This document shows positions 17,271 to 31,471 of a stretch of DNA of 64,000 bases, piece after piece. Positions within the stretch are counted from its first letter, which is position 1. Each line of letters starts with the position of its first letter. Made by a program: the position numbers and the translations under genes. Below the pieces are notes generated by a model. That model made no database searches. It worked only from the letters and a program-made list of their open reading frames with translations, and was not told the origin of the DNA. The DNA comes from the human T2T-CHM13v2.0 reference genome, Homo sapiens: the NCBI RefSeq assembly GCF_009914755.1, contig NC_060925.1, one strand, 5' to 3'.

Positions 17271-18218
17271 ACCACCAACACCATCATCATCATCATCATC
17301 AACATAATTTTCTTCCTTCATCGTTGTACTAGGAAGATACGGATCCTTTTTCTTTTATAATTCAGCCGGCAAAGATGCTGTAGTTAAGTGCAAATATTTG
17401 TTAGACGCAATAAATTGTCAAGCAATAAGTAGTCAGAGATGCCTATACATAAGCTCTGTCTTTGATTTCCTGTAAAAAACTGAGTTCATGTTGGCCCCTG
17501 CAAGACAGGAGATTTGATTTGAAGAAATGTCAGGGGAAATATTTGTGCATATAAGCAAAGGCTATGTAAGCTATGAAAAAAATCATATTTAGAAAGGGAA
17601 ATGAGATGGCATTCACTTTTAACAAAATGAAAACGTCTTTGCTGTCATCTTTTCTTGACAAATTTGCCTCTTGAAGTTATTTAGATTAAAAATTAAATTA
17701 AATTGAGTGCTGTTTGCAAGACTTAATTTTTTAATGCAAACTGATTCACTATGCGTGATAAAAGTAAAAGTTAAACAAGTGTATTTTACAAAGTAATTTT
17801 GAGAATATGTATTGCTGAACTCATTCAAAACTTTTTATGCTTCTGTTACAGAACCCTCCATATTTCATTAACTAGTAAAACTATCTGTTTTCCCTTAGAT
17901 GTAAACTTCTGGAGGAAAAAATTCTTACCTTACTCATCTTTGCATTGTTAATATATAAAGTGTCTGGTCCATAATGGAGGCTCACTTTAAAAAGAGAAGA
18001 GGGGATTGATGTATTTTTGTTTAAGGCATATGTTTGCATTTTCTGAGAGCCTCAAAACAAAAGTGGAAGTTAATTTAAGATTTGGTCTTGAGATGTTTGA
18101 TATGTTTTTTTCTTTGTATGTAACTTTTGTGAAAAATACATTATCAGCATCAGAAATAGTGACACAGAGTAGCTCAGCGTAGGGCAGGTTAAAACACTCT
18201 TATCCCTCTTATTTTTTC

Positions 18219-18330
18219 TGCTCTATCTAATGCAGATACTCCAGCTTACTTGTTAGAGGAATTTCTTCCTTTATGCTCTATCTAATGCAGAGATACTTCA
18301 GCTTACTTGTTAGAGGAATTTCTTCCTTTA
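18219..18330 (+). repeat. Tandem duplication of a 55/57-bp unit
   Basis: tgctctatctaatgcag(ag)atact(c/t)cagcttacttgttagaggaatttcttccttta twice (18219-18273, 18274-18330). Confidence 0.95.
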
Positions 18331-19531
18331 ATGCAAGAGAGTAAATCAGTGGCTGTTGATGAGGCTGTCTTCTTGCTTGTAGATGTGACACTCAAGTTCA
18401 TTGCCATGTGTAAGCCCTCAAGATGAAAGGCACTATTGAACTTCAACACCCTGCTCTTTTCTCAGGAATTCATAATTAGCATTTCCTTTGGAATAGTTTA
18501 GATGTCACTTCAAGCTTGTGATGTATTTCAAAAAGGCTCAGGTTAAACAGTTCCCGCCCGAACACTTGGCGGAATGAAAGAAGGAGCATATTACACAGGT
18601 CCATCTTCTTTGAAGAGAGTTACTAATTATTCAAGAGGGGCTGCCAGACAGGGCTCCCACATATTGATGAAAACAAAATCACTGCCTTGAAACCTTTCCA
18701 GTTCTCTAATGTTCTAAACAATTATGGGAGTTTAATTAAATTAACTTGTAGCTATATTTGCCGGAACTTTACCACAATATCATTATTATTGATTTCATTA
18801 AGCCAATCGCTTTACAGAGACACCATGACTGTAGGCAAAACATTTGTTATGAAGTAAAGCTAAAACGTTTTGTACTCTGTAATTCTGAAAAAGAAATGAA
18901 TCAATCAAAATTTCAGAAGAAGTTTTCCAACTCTGCCTTACAACCACCATTAAGCACAGGCATTTGGAGATATAAATGGGAGACTAAGTGGGCAGATTGA
19001 ATGGCTTTTTTCTATGTGCACATACTTTCAAATTATGGTGTGTACTGTCATTTTAAGTGCTAGCTATGAAAATGGGAGAAATGATCACTGAAGCACTTCT
19101 TGGATTTCTTGGGCAGTTAGGTGGTGGCAGGTTTTCATAATTTAAATTCGCCTATAACTCTTTTTACTTCAGAAAGCCTTTCGAATGCAGAAAATCATTT
19201 ACACTTCTGAATTCATCAGTGAAAACAGAGAAAGTAGAGTCAGTCTCTAATGAAAGTTAAATTAAGAATAATGAGATTAAAATTTGCAAGACAAACTGTT
19301 TTCTGCTGTAATAATTCAATTAAAGCTGCTTCTAATTGATATGATTTTTCCCCATGTTATAGTTTATTGCAGTCAGTATCTTAACTCAGAATTAATTACT
19401 CTTTTCATATTAAAAAACTGCCATTTTCATGAATAATCGACTAAAAATAGAAACTAGTAAAATCTTATTGCATGTAAATCTGTCCTAGTTTAACTTAAAT
19501 ATAGATTTATTTATTTAAAAAACAGTAACTC

Positions 19532-19850
19532 AGTGAGGCATGGTGGCTCATGCCTATAATCCCAGCACTTGGGAAGCCGAGGCCAACGGATCACCTGAGG
19601 TCCGGAGTTTGAGACCAGCCTGGCCAACATGGCGAAATTCTGTCTCTACTAAAAATACAAAAAAATTAGTCATGTGTGGTGGCAGGTGCCTGTAGTCCCA
19701 GCTAATCAGGAGTCTGAGGCAGGAGAATCCCTTGAACCTGGGAGGCGGAGGTTGCAGTGAGCCGAGATCGCGCAACTGAACTCCAGCCTGGGTGACAGAG
19801 CGAGACTCCGTCTCCAAAAAAAAAAAAAAAAAAAAAAACCAACACCACCA

Positions 19851-19882
<32 letters not shown>
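19532..19882 (+). mobile_element. AluS with poly-A followed by (CA)n
   Basis: Full Alu; taactca on both sides (19526 and 19890) encloses the CA repeat. Confidence 0.93.
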
Positions 19883-19884
<2 letters not shown>

Positions 19885-20367
19885 TAACATAACTCATTTG
19901 AAAGCTTAGAAGCTTAGAAACTTAGAAATTTTATCCTTTTGTGATTTTGCAGAAATAAAGTAGAGGTTTTTTTTCTAATTTATAGACGTTTCTGCTTTTT
20001 TTTTTTTAAATAAATCATTTCTCTCATTCATCTCAAGGAATATAACCTCCACTGAAAATAAATAAACAGATAAATAAACAATTATGCTCACTGTGTTTGT
20101 TGGGATTACTTGGGTTGACAGAATCCCAAATTCAATTGTCATGAACAAAGAAATGTGTTGTAAGTACTGTGGGATGTCTTCTGGAACTCGAAGACGGGCA
20201 CATAAGTGGGTCTCATAAGCAGCCCGCCTTTAGGGCATGCTTACTGCCCCCTCCACTCTGCTCCTTGTGGTGAGCCCACTTTTTCTTCTCGGCCTAGAGT
20301 CCTCTCTTAGTTCTTCAATGCACAGAACAGCAAAAATGGCTGCCCTTACTGCTTGAGTTTTACAGTT

Positions 20368-20850
20368 TGTGAAATTAAATAATTCCAATTTAAAGCTGTT
20401 GGAACTTTAAATTATTTGAGCTTTGAGAAAAATGTGACTATATGGCCTGAGCACATAGCATGCAGCTGCAATTCCTGCTTCTCCGATTACAGATTACAGT
20501 ATGTTACTCTTGTGCTGTGGATGATTAGGAAAGGCTGAAAGGTGCCATAAATAAGAGTCTATTACTCCTCCTTATAAAATGTCGAATCAGTCTTCCTTGG
20601 AATGTAGTAAACTATAACTAATCAAACTCCTGTAACATAATCTAAGAATTGGTCTTGCATGAAAAATGTTGCAACTCTGTTAACATTTCTGTCTCTACCT
20701 ATATAAGTGAAACCTTACCTCCACACTTGGATGCACTAACCCCATTCTTTTGGAGTCTGTGTTACCCAGGTGGTGACAGCCTCAAACGTTGTGCTCAAAT
20801 AAATTCTACACTTAATCATATTTTCTGAATCTCATTATTTAATGCTGACA
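20368..20850 (+). mobile_element. ERV1-class solo LTR (subfamily unassigned)
   Basis: TG...CA ends, AATAAA near the 3' end, 4-bp TSD AGTT (20364, 20851); homologous to 27788-28380. Confidence 0.8.
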
Positions 20851-21111
20851 AGTTTATATGAACCCAAGGAGAAATTCCTTCTCTAATTTCCATACCTGAA
20901 TTTTGGGGCAAAAACTTTGATTTATAACACTGGAGGTGGAGTTGGAAGGGGTGCTGGGCAGAGAAACTAAAGGCATTCGTTATCACCTTATTCAATATAA
21001 AAACCCATTGAACGATACATGGATAAAGTTATATAGCAGAAAAAAGTGTAAGAAAAGCAGTCTCAAAAAAATAAGAGTGGGTGGTTGCTGAATAATGAGA
21101 AAGAGCCCAAG

Positions 21112-21422
21112 GGCCAGGTGCGGTGGCTCACACCTGTAATCCCAGCACTTTGGGATGCCGAGGCGGGTGGATCACAAGGTCAGGAGTTTGAGACCAACAT
21201 GGTGAAAGCTTGGCCAACATGGTGAAAGCCGGTCTCTACTAAAAATACAAAAAGTAGCTGGGCGTAGTGACGCGCGCCTGTAATCCCAGCTATCGGGAGG
21301 CTGAGGCAGAAGAATCGCTTGAACCCGGGAGGCAGAGGCTGCAGTGAGCCGAGAACACACCACTGCACTCCAGCCAGGGCGACAGAGCGAGACTCCGTCT
21401 CAAAAAAAAAAAAAAAAAAAAA
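21112..21422 (+). mobile_element. AluS with internal 16-bp duplication
   Basis: Full Alu; ccaacatggtgaaagc at 21194 and 21214. Confidence 0.93.
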
Positions 21423-22775
21423 GCGCCAAAGAAAGACAAAAATTGATGCAGAAAAGAACGTTGGACAGACAAGTCAAACAACTGAATGAGATTTCACAGC
21501 TATGAAAGACAGAAAGACGGAAGTAGCATGACCAAATAGGCCAAGTGGTTAATTACATTGCACTCTTCGGCATGGTAAGTATTTGCCCCGAGGTAGAAAA
21601 TACCAACGATGCTAAATGTATGTGAAAGAGTAACTTAGGTTTCCAGATTTCTTTTTTGTTCCTAGGAGGTATCACTTCTTTAACTCTCAAAAGGAGCCTC
21701 GTGGCTAATTTTTATTGCAGTCAAAGTTCAAATAGGAGAGTTGTCAATGTCCCCTGAACTATTTGGGAAAGACTTCATGGGAAAAGTAAGATTAAGCTGA
21801 TCCTAGAGGGTAGGCAGGATAGAGAGCTATAAAGGAAAGGAGGAGGCAGAGCACACGAATACTTTAATCAATTGCTTCATCTTCGGCGTCAAGATGGGAA
21901 TGAGTAAGACTCCTGCACAGAATAATGAATTCTGTCAGAATCCTTCTCCTTCTGCCTCTCCAACTTGACAATTTTAACCTTTCTGGAAGGTGTCTCTGTA
22001 GTCATTTTCAAACACAATTCCACCTTTGCTATCAACTTAGTTCACATACTGCCTGCTTGAAATTCTCTCTTATACGAACTCCTTACCTCCTGATCCCACT
22101 TGAGCTCACATCAGTTCGCTCAAGTAGCAAACCCCAGAATTAACCTGGGAACAAGTTTAAATATTTCATCTCTTGTTTAAAACTTCCATTGGCCTGACAA
22201 CCCCATGAATTTTCTGTAAGCGAAATGACCACCCAAATTTATCCACGATATGACGCCCAACTGTCATTCTAGCGTTATAACTTGCTTCCCACATGCTCAG
22301 CAATTGCTCCTGCCTGCCTCACCTTCTCACATACACTTCCTCATGCCAGCTGCGCCCTTCCCTTTTCCATCTGTGCCTGTGGAAATTCAGCTATACTTCT
22401 AGGATCATTCCAAATTGTAATTTCCTACTGACGTCCGTCTTTATCCCTCCCCCTACCTCTCTCATCCCAACAGAATATGATCATATTCTCTGTTAAACTA
22501 CTTGAGATCTTTATTTTTAGTTTAAATTTTTTTTACCCTACCTTACTTTACATGACTTACATGTAAGTTATTTATTAACATAAATATCATTCTCTTTAGA
22601 TTATAAAAGCTTTGGTAATTTGCATTAGTTTTGCTATCTGTGGCATGGTCCATGAGGAATTATCACCCCCCATTTTTTACTTTACATACTTCTTTGCTGT
22701 GTTTGTATGTTCACCAACAGGACGTATTACTTTTATAATTAATATTATTTTCTATTTGAAATAATTAAGAATTCT

Positions 22776-23082
<307 letters not shown>

Positions 23083-23724
23083 AAGAATTCCCACTTTAAT
23101 AGTATTAAAATATTAAACGTTAAGTTCTTTATTCAAATGTCTGTTGTAACACATTTGAGGGTTAAATATCGCCAACTGCTCTTTACAATATACTCTCTGT
23201 AAACATTCTGTATAATTGCTATTGACTTTCAACAACTAAACTAGTCTACCTCCAAATTATCTCTTTTTACAACCTTTTAAATTCAGAGTTAATGAACGAA
23301 ATTGTTTACATTCCCTTTTTTCTTAGTCACATCTCCAATAACCCTGGAAGTCCGAATCAATAGTCTTATCATCGGCCCCCTTTCAGATGGAGAGACCACA
23401 GTTCCTGACAGATGAAAGGCTTCTCTTGGGACTTTTTTTAATTGACGCAGGTGCTTGATTTCAGACAAGCCCTTCTATTCTAGCTTCTGGAATCAACTTG
23501 AAATTCAGCAACCTCTATGTGTAACAAAAATGGACGAATCATTCCTCTAAAAAATAAATGAACAATGATATTTAGCAAACAAAATACCTAAAGACAACCA
23601 TTGATTTGGATGAGTGAAAAAGGCAGAGAATGCAGAAGATGCCTGGGATTTAGCTAATCTCTGAGATTCCGGCAGGAAGGACATAAAAAAAGTCAAAGGG
23701 CTCTTGGCTGAGTTTGCCATTTTA

Positions 23725-24080
<356 letters not shown>

Positions 24081-24592
24081 AGCTTGCCATTTTAAAACAT
24101 TCTTACTAAAGGAAAGGGGTCTCACAATACCTCCACGGAGTATAATAGATTTAAAATAGCTTTGGAACATAAGAATTACTCTAATGTTTCAATTCTTTGA
24201 TTTAAATCCCAGCTTCTCTTTGTAGCCATTTATGTCTTTGTTGTTTATAAATTCATACAAATATTTCGGAAGCCACTTAAGTTTCCCACCTCCTTGGGTA
24301 ATAAATTCTGTATGTAAATTATCTGCTAGTTGAATTCATATCTAGTTCCTATTATTTAATTCTTGCCTCATTCAAGCTCAAAAGAAGCCCCACCATTTTA
24401 CAGTATGAGAATTTAGTGACTAACACCTTGTTTATCCTATTCATGGTATTCGTACATCCATAAATGTTGATCCACACTATCTCCTCCTCCTTTTCGTGAG
24501 CAACAGACCCAGTCATTCTCATAGTTCTGTATGGAGCACATCCTTCTACAATTGTCTGCCCCGCTTGATATTTGTGAGGGAAACCTGGCCGA

Positions 24593-24725
24593 GGCCAGAT
24601 ACCATGGTTCATGTAATCTCAGTGCTTTGGAAAGCTGAGGGAGAAGGATTGCTTGAGGCCAGGAGTTTGAGACCAGCCTGGACAACATAGCAAGACCCCC
24701 CCTCTCTACAAGTAAAAAAAAAAAT
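24593..24725 (+). mobile_element. FLAM_C / Alu left monomer
   Basis: Single monomer ending agcaagacccccc...tctctaca plus A tail. Confidence 0.85.
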
Positions 24726-27140
24726 GAAAAGACAAGTGTAAAAACAATCCAGTCTATTGATGGCCACTGGGCATCACAGACTCGTTTCCAGATATTCTCC
24801 CTCCAACACCTTCACACAACTCCAGGACTGATGGTGGGAAGAACAGCCTTATGCATGCTTACTTCCATCCTAATCCTACACTGCAAACCAGGAAATAAGA
24901 CTGAATGTGCACTGTGGACTAAAAGCATCTCTGTTATTCCCATAAACTGACTGAAAACAATAAATGTACCCATTGTTGAAAATAAGGCTCTGTCATCATG
25001 TGTTCAGTGACGCAGAGCCTAGAACATTTCAGAGTATCATGTAGGTGATTCTTCTCTCAATTCTTTCAAGGCTGGTACAGGACTAGTGGCATTCCAAACA
25101 CATAGGAGAGAAGTTTATTTATTACACACAATAGATGCCTCAGGTCATTCGAGCTTAATATTCTTATGAAACCTGGGCAGGACCTGTCAGAGTATGAAAT
25201 GCTCCATCTGAAGCCACAAGAGAAAGCACTACTCTGCTTCCACTGAGATGAAACATGAGGACTTTGGATTAAGTGTAGGCAGAAGGGCTAAAAATATATA
25301 TTTTTAATGATGTGATATCAAGAAATGTTACTTAAGTAATTTATTTTTATGGTAACATACTTATAAAATGCAGCCCAGAGATGTCTCTGGGATGGTCTTA
25401 GTAGAGTTCTTCCAAGAGTAATTAAAGGGATGACCTCACAGCCATCACCACCGTATATATGATAGTGCTTTGCCTGGGTCCATCCAGCTGGCTTAGTCCA
25501 TGAAACAATACCATGTTTCTAACTACCATTTTCAAAATGAAATTAAAAAGGGATTATAACCTGAAGGTAGGGCAAAAGCACTTTAAAAGGACAAAAGCAT
25601 CCTCATGCCAATGAAGAAGATTTATTTCAGGTGTACACACTAAAACTAAATATAAGTATGGTGATTTATTTGTCTTAGGTGTTTCATGGTTTTCAAAGTT
25701 TTAAAGTGGTTTCTGCAGCTGCTGAATCTGACCTTTTTCTCTGTGTAACACTCTTGGTTTACTTATTTTGTACAACGATTTTTAAATTTCCAGTTCCTAG
25801 AATTCTTTTAAGATCAATGAGTAAACTGTAGAAGGGCAAAAGGAAAAGATTTCTACTTTAATTGTACCCTTGCTAGTGTTGCCGATTCAAGGCACTACAA
25901 CGTTAAGATGGATTTTATTTTTCAGAAGTATTTGAACAGTGATGTCGATCTTTCTAACCCACCGAACAATTAGTTTTAAAGCAGAGAAAATTCAATGTGA
26001 CTTTTCTGACTTGCCTTTTATATGGGGATTTGGAAAAAACACCTCCTTCTGGCTAGTCCATCTATGAAAGAAGGTTCTGCACAGGACCTAGTTTCAACTA
26101 CTCCTTCATTCCACACTGTTCTCAAGAGAGAAATTAGGATGAATGGTGGACTAATTCATACAAAATCCCAAGGCAAAGTAGGTCCAAGCCTTGGCACACA
26201 AACATATAACTTCTAGTCCAATAACTGGCTCTTTTATATCCACCACAATTTTGTTTTCCCCACGAGTGCCAAGAAAATCAGAATGTCTAGTTGCCTTCTT
26301 CCTGACAACGATTCTCAATGATCCTATGAAGAAATGAATAAAAAATAAAAAAGTATCTCACTTATTACTAGATATCTGTGACTATTATCTTATGGCTAGA
26401 ACACGAACATCAGAAGGTCATGGCAGTGATGTTGAATTATTTAAAACTATTTCCCCATTTGGTAATTGTTAAAGTCATAGAGACACCTAGGTAGTTTGAA
26501 ATGCCCTCCATTGAAAGCCAGCAATTTCTATGTGTCTCCACCAGCCAAGAGGACCCTGTAGAGCTTTACTTTCTATAGCTGGAATAACGAAAAACAATAG
26601 CTTTTTTATTGTTTTAAAGAAAAAATTAAAATACTGACTATATTTTTAAAACTGCACCTGCTCCCTTAACGTTTTGATACTCGCATGGATAAACAACTTT
26701 GATAACCTCTGGTGTAAAGAACGTGGCCTTTGTTGCTTAGCAGAGCCATGTGCAAATCTCAGGTCCGTCATTTGATGAATGATGTTAGGAAAATAATTTA
26801 GCCTCTCTGGGCTAGGTCTTTGTACTCCTTCCCTATAAAATGAGAATGCTACTTCCTTGATAAAACATGTACTTTACAGCATAAGTTCCCCTTCCTTCTT
26901 TCTGTGCAAACTCTGAGATGACTCTATTTCTAAGAGTGCAACACTTGGAAATGAGGTGTCTTCTTTTCTCTGGAGCTATTAAGACTTTCTTTATTCCCTA
27001 CTTATGACACACTCTGTATTACATTATAGTCATATGTGTACATGTCTTATTTCTTCTGTTCTCTTTTACTGAAAGTTTCTTCAGGATAAATATTAGTTTA
27101 ATTACACTGGTTTAATCACTGTATCCTGAATAGTATCTTT

Positions 27141-27589
27141 TGGGAAACTGAGTATCCAGAGACAATGGCTAGACCACATATGAGCACAGAATTCTGACCC
27201 ACAGCCCCTGCAACCAGCCTGGGAAGCCAAACCACAAGCTCAGCAGTAGTAAGTCCAAAATGGTCAAGACTCAGGCAATGACAACCAGCTTCCCTAATTT
27301 TTGCCTCTGCCTATAACTCTGGACAAACCAGAGAAAGCTAGACACTCCTCAATCTAGTTATATTAGATACCCACTTTCAGCTTCCCCATGCAACAACCTC
27401 CAGTCAGAGCTCGCTCTTTCTCTCTCTCTCTCTTTCTCTCTCTTTTTATTATAAAGCTTTCCCACTCCTCTGCCTGCCTTTGAGTCTTTGCCAGACACAA
27501 GTGGTGGTGGACGATTACCTTGCTACAGCAAGTGCTGAATACATAGCCTTTCTTTGTTTTCATTTTGGTGACCTTCATTTACTTCCACA
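27141..27589 (+). mobile_element. ERV1-class solo LTR (MER67-like)
   Basis: ggctagaccacat...ctgacccaca...gaagccaaaccaca...ccagcttccctaatttttgcc; TG..CA ends. Confidence 0.6.
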
Positions 27590-27787
27590 TTAAAAAAAAA
27601 ATTCATGTACATCTCACTGCATTCCCAAGAAGAATCTGGGGTAAATCCTTGTCCAGAATTATGTCTTTTATAGAAGCAAAGTCTCCTTCCAGTTCTAATA
27701 TTCTGTGACTAATAGATGTTGAGGTCGAATAAAATGCTGATTTGTTGAACAACTTTTCAGAAATAGATTATTCCTGTGTATAAGAAT

Positions 27788-28380
27788 TGTCAAAATAAGT
27801 AATTCAAAATCTAAACTGTTGAAACTTTCCCTTATTTTGAGCCCTAAAAGAATATGATTATGGGGCCTGAGTCATGTGACAGGCAGCTGTAACCTAGGCA
27901 GCTGTAACCTTTGTTTTTGTGATTATAGATTAGCCTTCTTCCTATATTGTTTTGTAAAATGTTGCAAATGACTGAAGGGCACCAGGGAAGACCCTTTCCC
28001 TCTACGCTGCTGATCTTCATTAGAGATTGACTTTCTTCTTTCCTTTCTCACACAAGGACTTTACTTGACTATCACATTGTCTAAGATGGAATGCCAAACA
28101 TACTTTTAAATTGGAAAGGAAATGAAAACAAGCTTTACAGAAAAGAAAACAAACTGTAACCAATCATTACATTGCTGTAACCCATAAACCAGCCTTGTAT
28201 AGAAAATGCTGTAATCCTGTTAAATTTGTTTTCTGCTTACATAAGCAAGACCTTAACTTTTTACTTCTGAGCACTGACCCCATTTCTCTGGAGTCTATTT
28301 TCTGATGGCCATTCCCACCTTTGCACTGGAATAAACTCTTTAAAACTAGATCTGATCCTTGCAGTTATTTCAGGTTGACA
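27788..28380 (+). mobile_element. ERV1-class solo LTR (same family as 20368-20850)
   Basis: TG...CA ends, AATAAA, 4-bp TSD GAAT (27784, 28381). Confidence 0.82.
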
Positions 28381-28918
28381 GAATGGTTCATGCTGAACCT
28401 CCGAATTAAGTTGTTGGTTTAAATTTTTATGCAAGTTCTAAAAGACCAAATTAACCTCCCACCACATCATACCCAGCAATATTATACTGCCCAGTTAAGA
28501 GCCATGGGTATAAAATTACATGATTTCTTTCAGGAGGCATTTATCCTTCTACTAAATATCAGTTCATTTTTTCAAAAATCCACTCGTCCAGCTTTGTGGG
28601 AACTGAACACTAAGAATTCTCAATAGGGGAAGAAACAATTGTCTCCCCCATTGTATGTGTATTGATTTGTAACATAACGTGGGGCGAATGGTTTGAGCCT
28701 GGCTTCTCCTTCTCTTCTTGCCAACCCTGGTCCCTTGTTTTGGGATCCATTTCCCTTGGAGAATATAAACATTCTTTATCCCACTTCTTGAAAGGCCATC
28801 CTTGTCTTTCTAGTTGATGTTAGGAATGAACTGACATGGACGACAATGACTATGACCTATGTAGGAAATCTGTGAACTGAGTAAGTAGTCATATGAAACC
28901 AAATCTTATGTGACCTAT

Positions 28919-29276
28919 TGATATGGTTTAGATTTGTGTCCCCACTCAAATCTCATGTCGAACTGGAGGAGGGGCCTGGTGGGAGGTGATTGGATCATGG
29001 GAAGGGATTTCCCCCTTGCTGTTCTTATGCTAATGAGTGAGTTGTCGCAATATCTCATGGTTTAAAAGTGTGTGGCACTTCCTCCAACACTCTCGCTCTC
29101 TCTTGCCACCACGTGTGCTTCCTCTTTGCCTTCTGCCATGACTGTAACTTTCCTGAGGCCTCCCAGTCATACTTCCTGTTAAGCCTGTGGAACTGTGAGT
29201 CAACTAAATCTCTTTTCTTCATAAATTACCCAGTCGCAGGTAGTTCTTTATAGCAGTATGAGAATGGACTAATACA
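28919..29276 (+). mobile_element. MaLR solo LTR (THE1D/MSTA-like)
   Basis: tgatatggttt...ggactaataca termini; 5-bp TSD CCTAT (28914, 29277). Confidence 0.92.
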
Positions 29277-29747
29277 CCTATATTTACACTACTCTAAAAC
29301 TTGCATTATACATGTAATTTTAGAAATTTTTATTGTGGGAAATCTTAAACAGATACAAAAATAAATAGAATACAGTGAGCCACAGGTACTCATCACCCAC
29401 CTGTAAAAATCTTCAGTTTATTATGCCAATTTATGTTTTAAAAGGAATACCAACTCTCTCTATGAAAAGTATGACTTAGGAAAAGGTACCGTATATAGGT
29501 TTTTCTATTAGTGTGAATTTCCCATGCATAAAGTGGTTGCTCTCTCCTAGCAGGCTCTGGCTGCTGGCTTCCCGGCCTCCCTTAATGCTGTGGATACCTG
29601 TGACACAAGACCTGGCTTTCCTTAATGCCTATCTAACTTCTTTATTTCCTATGAGACTCCAAACTTATGAAAAAAAGAGGGTGACAGACAACAGTTCATA
29701 TACTAATAAAGTAAAATTTGACCTCTATTTTTATATACATTCTGTAA

Positions 29748-29988
29748 ATTTTTTTTAGTTGACATATAATAATTGTACATAGTCATGGGGTACATAGTGA
29801 TGTTTCAATACATGTAATGTATAGTGATCAGGGTAATTAGCATATCCATCATCTAAAACATTTGTCAGTTTTTTTGTGTTGGAAATGTTCAGTATCCTCC
29901 TTCCAGCTATTTGAAATTATATGATATATGTTATTGTTAACTATAGTCATCTGACAGTGGTATAGAACACTGTAACTTATTTCTTCTA
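29748..29988 (-). mobile_element. L1MA-type 3' end
   Basis: ataattgtacatagtcatggggtacatagtgatg...tattgttaactatagtca...tagaacact. Confidence 0.8.
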
Positions 29989-31471
29989 ATACACATTATT
30001 TAATTTACTCCTAACCACCATGTAATATAGATAATGCAATCATGTTAATCATTCCTTTTTAGAGATAAGAGAGCTAGGGTTCTGAGAATTAAACCGATAG
30101 ATGTAAGGTTACACAGTTGGTAAGAAGGGGGCCCTCTACGAGGTAGTATATGGGGGCACATTTGCAAAGCATTACAATGGAAGATTATATTTCAAAAAAA
30201 ACACGGCAAAAATGCATGTCAGCTTTCTTTTCAAATAAAATATAAATGTCCTTGAACACAGTCCACTCTCAGGGGAAATTTGAGGAAAAGACATATCATA
30301 CTGACTATATTCCATTTGATTGCACACAGTGATACAATCCTTTACATTTCAACCAAGACATTGAAATGCTCCTACTTCAAGTTCTGATTGTTCACATGCA
30401 TTCTCTGGGAACTGCTGCCTGGATGTACAGGATTTTTTAAACTATGCAGAACCTACATCATTCATTCTATATGGCAGTTGTTGAAATAAACGTTTAGTGA
30501 TTCTAAATACCTCACTAAAGTAGCTAGTACTTATTGTGAATCTACCATGTAGAAGTGCTGAATGCCTGTTGTGGATTGTGGATGGTGACAGGAAAGGAGG
30601 TAAGGAATGACTTCCTCTGGGAGGGATCTTTGATTTGTGCTTTGAACACTGAGTGCAAATCAGATAAACTGAGTGGAGGGACTTAAGCAGAACTGCAGCA
30701 ATGAGAAAACTCCTGGTTAATTTGACAGGAAAAGATTGTTTGCAGAGCGGTATCTGTGGGATAAAGTGGAAGAGTGTAATGTACAGGCTTGAGTGGAAAT
30801 AGAACATGGATAACAAAGAAGAAACAACCCTAGGAAAAAGTAAAGCTGCAATATATTTCTTATCGGATTAATCTAAGATCAGTGTGGAGAAGCCAACAGA
30901 GACATAAAGGACCTCGTGTAAGAAATCAGACAATGGCACTGGGGACAATAGCCGGTAATGCAGAGAATCAAGCAAGATAAGCATGAAATCAGAATCCAGG
31001 CATAGGCTGGACTAACACAATCCTTACCTGCAAAATCTGTAAAACTTTTGATAGCAATCTGCACTAAAATAAACATTTTTCATCATGACCCAGCACATAC
31101 ATGTGTATTCCAACATACATAGATTTAATTGAAACAAAAGTTTTACAAAACAATAGCTATTCTTTCTATGGTAGTGAAGCCTACTATTTTTATTCTATTC
31201 CACTGAATAAAAATTAAAATAGATTTTACAACCTTCTTAAATGTTTTTACAACCCACAACTGGAACATGATTCAACCAGCAGTTCATAAGAGACTATTGG
31301 GTACATTCCATGAGGAAATAAACATACGCAAGAAGTTTCCATCCTTAAACAAGTTTCCACCCAATTAAACAATTAAACAAACCAACCAATCACAGTCCTC
31401 CTCTGGCAACCATCTTATCTCATTTTATTTAATGCCAAACCTCTTGCCTTCCGCAAAGAGCTGTCTAACCT

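Noticed and set aside
25374-25391. Near-perfect 18-bp palindrome cccagagatgtctctggg
   Set aside because: An 8-bp stem is within chance expectation for this window size
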